From Nemertoderma westbladi (Eukaryota; Animalia; Xenacoelomorpha), in assembly GCA_032718475.1 (NCBI GenBank), contig JAUCBJ010001627.1, positions 1 through 39,150 of the forward strand: a stretch of DNA of 39,150 bases, in the 5' to 3' direction. A model generated the notes under the pieces. The model did no database searches. It was not told the DNA's origin and saw nothing but the letters and a program-made list of their open reading frames with translations. How positions within the stretch are numbered: position 1 is the stretch's first letter; each line of letters opens with the position of its first letter. Of the stretch, positions 34,018 to 39,150 are shown one piece after another. Made by a program: the position numbers and the translations under genes.

Positions 34018-34282
34018 AAGTCCCAGACTAGTTAACCAGTCAACTTAGTTGTTCACGTGCTGCTCGAACCTCGAAGTCCCAGACTAGTTAACCAGTCAGC
34101 TTAGTTGTCAAGTGCTGCTCGAAGCCCCAGAATAGTTAACCAGTCAGCTTAGTTGTTCACGTGCTGCTCGAAGTCCCAGACTAGTTAACCAGTCAGCTTA
34201 GTTGTTCACGTGCTGCTCGAAGCCCCAGAATAGTTAACGAGTCAGCTTAGTTTTTTACATGCTGCTCGAAGCCCCAGAATAG
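34018..34282. repeat. Minisatellite, ~50-bp unit, about 5 copies
   Basis: aag(t)cccaga(c/a)tagttaaccagtcagcttagttgttcacgtgctgctcg repeated. Confidence 0.95.
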
Positions 34283-37068
34283 ATAAAACAACAACAATAA
34301 CGGATGAGTGAATTAAACCGATAAGAAATAATTTACTCTGATTCAATGAATTACATTATTAGTCTTACTCTATTCATGTATTCAATGTTAAAACAGATTT
34401 GAATTTACCGCCAAAATATAGGTGGCAGATCTGATCTGCCACCCTTTCCAATACAAATTACGGCTCTCTTACAGTTTGCCGTGCCACCTATTGCTATAAT
34501 GGCACGGTAAAGTGTAATAGGACTGAGGAGCTCTCTTACAGTTTGCCGAGCCAACTATATATTTAATTTAATTCAAAATAAATATAATTGTTATAATTAT
34601 ATAATATATATTTACGCAAGTGATACCGTAATTTACTCTACGTACAATTACATTTTGTTACGTTTTGTGTAGCTAATGTTTTTATTGTTTGTTACTAAAC
34701 CGGGTACACTTCCTTCTAGTTTCCCTAATTATGATATGATAGATTAAAAACCCTAATTATGATATGATAGATTAAAAACTATCATTTTATTATATCAAAA
34801 AATTTCAAAATGGCAAGCTAGCTAGTTTTTGTTTCTTTTTTTAATGTTCTAGAACATTTTATCTATACATTTAATATAAAAATTTTGATCTAGAACAAAT
34901 ATTTTTTGTTCTAGAACAAATATGTTAAGATCATTTTATTATATCAAAATATGGCTATAATGGCACAGTAAAGTGTAAGAGTCCCCAAATTACATGTCTT
35001 TCAATCATTTGAATTTACTGCGCTATGGAGCAGGGTGGCACCTTTTAGGGACTTGTCACACAGCCTTACAGGTAGGACAGCCAGTTGCCAATGAGATGGG
35101 GTAAATATTTTCGATCTACACGTAGCTATGCGTAGTTTGATGTATGGCACTGCCGCCTCTCCCTGAAGTTTAGATATCATCAGCAGTCTGACATGCTGTC
35201 AGAACTCAGAAGTATGCTATTCTGCTATTTAACCGGACCCGGCTCTGGATTCAGATTCAGCCTGTTAGTGGTTAGTGGGTAATTCAATTCGAGAGCTGCC
35301 TGACTGCTGCAGACTGTTGGACTTATGCTGGCAGGCTGGATTGATTGATATTCCAGTATTCAGACTGTCAGACAGGCAGTTGTAGTTCTGTAGTTACCTT
35401 ACAGCCTTACCTAGTAGGCCTACTGCCAAACTGCCATGCCGTACTAACTGACTGACTTACTAAAAGCTATAAAGTGCCAATGACAGGATGATGACCAGTC
35501 ATACATTCTGCCAGTACAGTGAAAACATTAAAGACAGTCTTAACAGATCTGCCACAGCCAAGAGGAAAACAGTAATTAATCATCCAATCGTAGCTCCCTT
35601 AGAATGCATTTCCAGTAATGGCTCCGCCCTCCTGTCAACCTTCATCTATATTCAACTTTATTACAGTCTAATCTTGTAATCTATGATATACATTATATAT
35701 ATATATATATCTTAAAACGGTCAATATGGCCACATTTAACAAAGTGAATATATTGCCCTTTATATTAATTTTAAGACTTGAAACGTTTTCAGAACCTCTG
35801 TGTCCTTGAAATATGGCACTACAAATGATAAGGTGTATTTTTAATCATAGAAACTTTCCAAAATTGATTGTCAAGTAAAAGTGGCCATATTGCGTTTAGT
35901 TGCTATTTGCTTTTAGTTTCAAAAGATACACACTAGGGCCACGTGTCCATTATGTGCAATATATATATATAAAATAATGACAGTGAATAAGTGTAAATTG
36001 GAGCACCCCCTGACGGCATGTTAAGGTATTGCAAAAGGGCAATTGTTGTTTCTTTATGATTTAATGGTGAGAGTACTTACAACGAAATTTTTATGGAACG
36101 GCTGTAATTATTATACTAATGTGGTTTATGACTATTCAGGAGATGATTTAATGAACAAAAAGCTAATTTAATAGTTAAAATAATATTTTAAAAATTATAA
36201 TAAAACGAGATTTACTATTTAGTAAGCCCTAAACAGTTTTAATTAAAAATACTCGTATTGTTTAAAAAAAACTGTAGTGGCTGAAATATTGGCAACTCAA
36301 TTTTCACTCGTCATTTTTAATTTGATAGTAGATCAGTCTCAACCTCTTATCGTTGATAATCTAAACAAGAGGACGATTCATTCCCATACAATTAGGACAT
36401 GCCATTAAATTGATGAAATACTGCTCCATTCATAGGGGGTGTAGGTCCTACTGTACATCCTACTGTACATCCATTGCTTCTACATTGCATCGTTGGGTCG
36501 TGCGTCAATATTTCCTCTAGGTGGTTTATTATTTTGGTTCTTATAATGAACCTATCTCTGTATCATATGTTTCTTTACTAAGAAATATACAATCACTTAA
36601 ATTGAAAGATAAATGTTAGTCACGTAATGAGAGTATCTCCTGGCGTTAGTTATTGAATTCGAATCTGCTAATTTAATATTGCTACTGCTAAATTAATATC
36701 AAAATGTATTTTACTCATCATTTCAATAAATACATACTTACATAATTTTAATATCTTTTGTGATTACACACGTTTATATTACTTTGATTTTATTTGGACC
36801 ATTTGAGGTCTGGAATATTGAAGAATTGAAAATCTCGCCTCATTGTTAAATAAACAATTAATGGAAAGGAGCAGGTCACAATGGCTCGTTATTCTAACAA
36901 TACAAAAATTTAATTTAATAGAACAGGTAACAACAGTTCAGCTGTTATTTACCCAGGATTTTCCCCTGGAGGAGAGGAATTAATTTTGATTGCATCGAAA
37001 GTCCCCCTAGCTAGCTGTCATGGTTAGAAACTCTGTGACAAGGTTTCATTTCCTTAGACTTAATTAAA

Positions 37069-39150
37069 TATTACAAACCTATATAAAGTGTCCATATAGG
37101 GTAATTTATTTATCAACACTAAATGGCCAGTGTTAAACAGTAGTTCCGGGCATACTGAGAAATCAAATTTACATTGATCTGGCCATAATGGCGAATTTCC
37201 ACATGATATTGACTACGGATTTATGGCCACAGTGGCCATGGCAGAGAAGATATCACATTAAAAGATGCAAGCCCACAACTAAAGTGATTTCTTACATTTA
37301 TTTAATCTGTATGGGTACAGGCAGCTAGCTATAATAATAGTTCTCATCGGAAATTTGTATTTTTTTTAGATAATACAATGTAGAGATGTTATATACTAGT
37401 CTTGTTTGGATTTACAGTAATTTTGAGAGTTAAATGAATTCAAAGTTACATTTGAAGAATAATTTAGAAGTTAATGAGATCATCATGCTAACAATTTTAT
37501 TGTGAGTACCCGAAGCTACAGTATGTTAGTCGCGTAATGAGAGTAGGCCTATCTCCTGACTTTTAGTTATTGAATTGGGGATCTGCTTGTTTGGGGTATG
37601 ATTACAATAATGAAAAAAAATACTGTTGGTAAAGTAACGGCAATTATTGTTTATGGTTAGAAACGCTGTTACAAAGTTTCAATTCCTTAGACTAAATTAC
37701 ATATCCCAAATCTATATAAAGTGTCCATATATAGGGTAAATTTAACTCAACACTACTTAATGAACAGTGTTTTGTAGTTCCAGGCATACCGAGATATCAA
37801 AATTTATTTGATATGGCCGTATAGTGGCGACCGACCGACCGACCGACCGACCGACCGACCGACCGACCGACCGACCGACCGACCGACCGACCGACCGACC
37901 GACCGACCGACCGACCGACCGACCGACCGACCGACCGACCGACCGACCGACCGACCGACCGACCGACCGACCGACCGACCGACCGACCGACCGACCGACC
38001 GACCGACCGACCGACCGACCGACCGACCGACCGACCGACCGACCGACCGACCGACCGACCGACCTTAAATACAGATTTAAATACAGACCTTAAATACAGA
38101 CAGATTAAATATACAGTATGTAAGAAATCACTTTAGTTGTGGGCTTTCATCTTTTATGGTGATATCTTCTGTGCCATTTCTCTGTATGGCCTCTGTGGCC
38201 ATAAATGCGTAGTCAATATCATGTGGAAATTCGCCATTATGGCCAGATCAATGTAAATTTGATTTCTCAGTATGCCCGGAACTACTGTACACTTGCCATT
38301 TAGTGTTGATTAATAAATTACCCTACAGTATATGGACACTTTATGTAGGTTTGTTATATATACTGTAATTTAGTATATTTTAGTATAATTTATTACAAAC
38401 CTATATAAAGTGTCCATATAGGGTAATTTATTTATCAACACTAAATGGCCAGTGTTATACAGTAGTTCCGGGCATACTGAGAAATCAAATTTACATTGAT
38501 CTGGCCATAATGGCGAATTTCCACATGATATTGACTACGGATTTATGGCCACAGTGGCCATGGCAGAGAAGATATCACATTAAAAGATGCAAGCCCACAA
38601 CTAAAGTGATTTCTTACATTTATTTAATCTGTATGGGTACAGGCAGCTAGCTATAATAATAGTTCTCATCGGAAATTTGTATTTTTTTTTAGATAATACA
38701 ATGTAGAGATGTTATATACTAGTCTTGTTTGGATTTAGAGTAATTTTGAGAGTTAAATAAATTCAAAGTTACATTTGAAGAATAATTTAGAAGTTAATGA
38801 GATCATCATGCTAACACTTTTATTGTGAGTACCCGAAGCTACAGTATGTTAGTCACGTAATGAGAGTAGGCCTATCTCCTGACTTTTAGTTATTGAATTG
38901 GGGATCTGCTTGTTTGGGGTATGATTACAATAATGAAAAAAAATACTGTTGGTAAAGTAACGGCAATTATTGTTTATGGTTAGAAATGCTGTTACAAAGT
39001 TTCAATTCCTTAGACTAAATTACATATCCCAAATCTATATAAAGTGTCCATATATAGGGTAAATTTAACTCAACACTACTTAATGAACAGTGTTTTGTAG
39101 TTCCAGGCATACCGAGATATCAAAATTTATTTGATATGGCCGTATAGTGG
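37069..39150. repeat. ~760-bp direct duplication (37069-37827, 38391-39150) with an inverted ~235-bp copy at ~38118-38355
   Basis: Direct copies are near-identical; the inverted copy is the reverse complement of ~37072-37297. Confidence 0.93.
37829..38064. repeat. (GACC)59 perfect microsatellite followed by ttaaatacaga repeats
   Basis: Read directly. Confidence 0.99.

Noticed and set aside
37808-38093. (DRPT)n repeat proteins
   Set aside because: Artefact of the stop-free (GACC)n microsatellite.

Overview
Eukaryotic (animal-like), AT-rich, transposon-packed window with no recognisable host gene. The main feature is a young, structurally complete 15.3-kb BEL/Pao LTR retrotransposon on the minus strand (3121-18418; LTRs 3121-4618 and 16925-18418, about 99% identical by eye; GAGAG target-site duplication). 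It has four unusual traits: (1) an intact 866-aa extra ORF after integrase encoding a DEDDy-type 3'-5' exonuclease plus CCHC zinc knuckles; (2) no tRNA primer-binding site, but a perfect 13-nt complement to the probable transcript 5' end, i.e. a Tf1-like self-priming layout; (3) an LTR array of covarying structured RNA modules (K-turn + UUCG hairpins, GAAA hairpins, one of which recurs inside gag); (4) a 63-aa uORF joined to gag by an ATGA overlap. It sits inside the homologous, decayed exonuclease ORF of an older plus-strand BEL element, and itself carries a 1178-bp solo LTR in gag. The rest is TE debris: MITE/foldback elements, two tail-to-tail RTE-like LINEs, a Harbinger fragment, two Penelope-like GIY-YIG fragments (one with a hammerhead-like motif), an RTEX-like LINE remnant, a piggyBac pseudogene, minisatellites and a (GACC)59-containing foldback duplication. 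All family assignments come from motif reading, not database searches.
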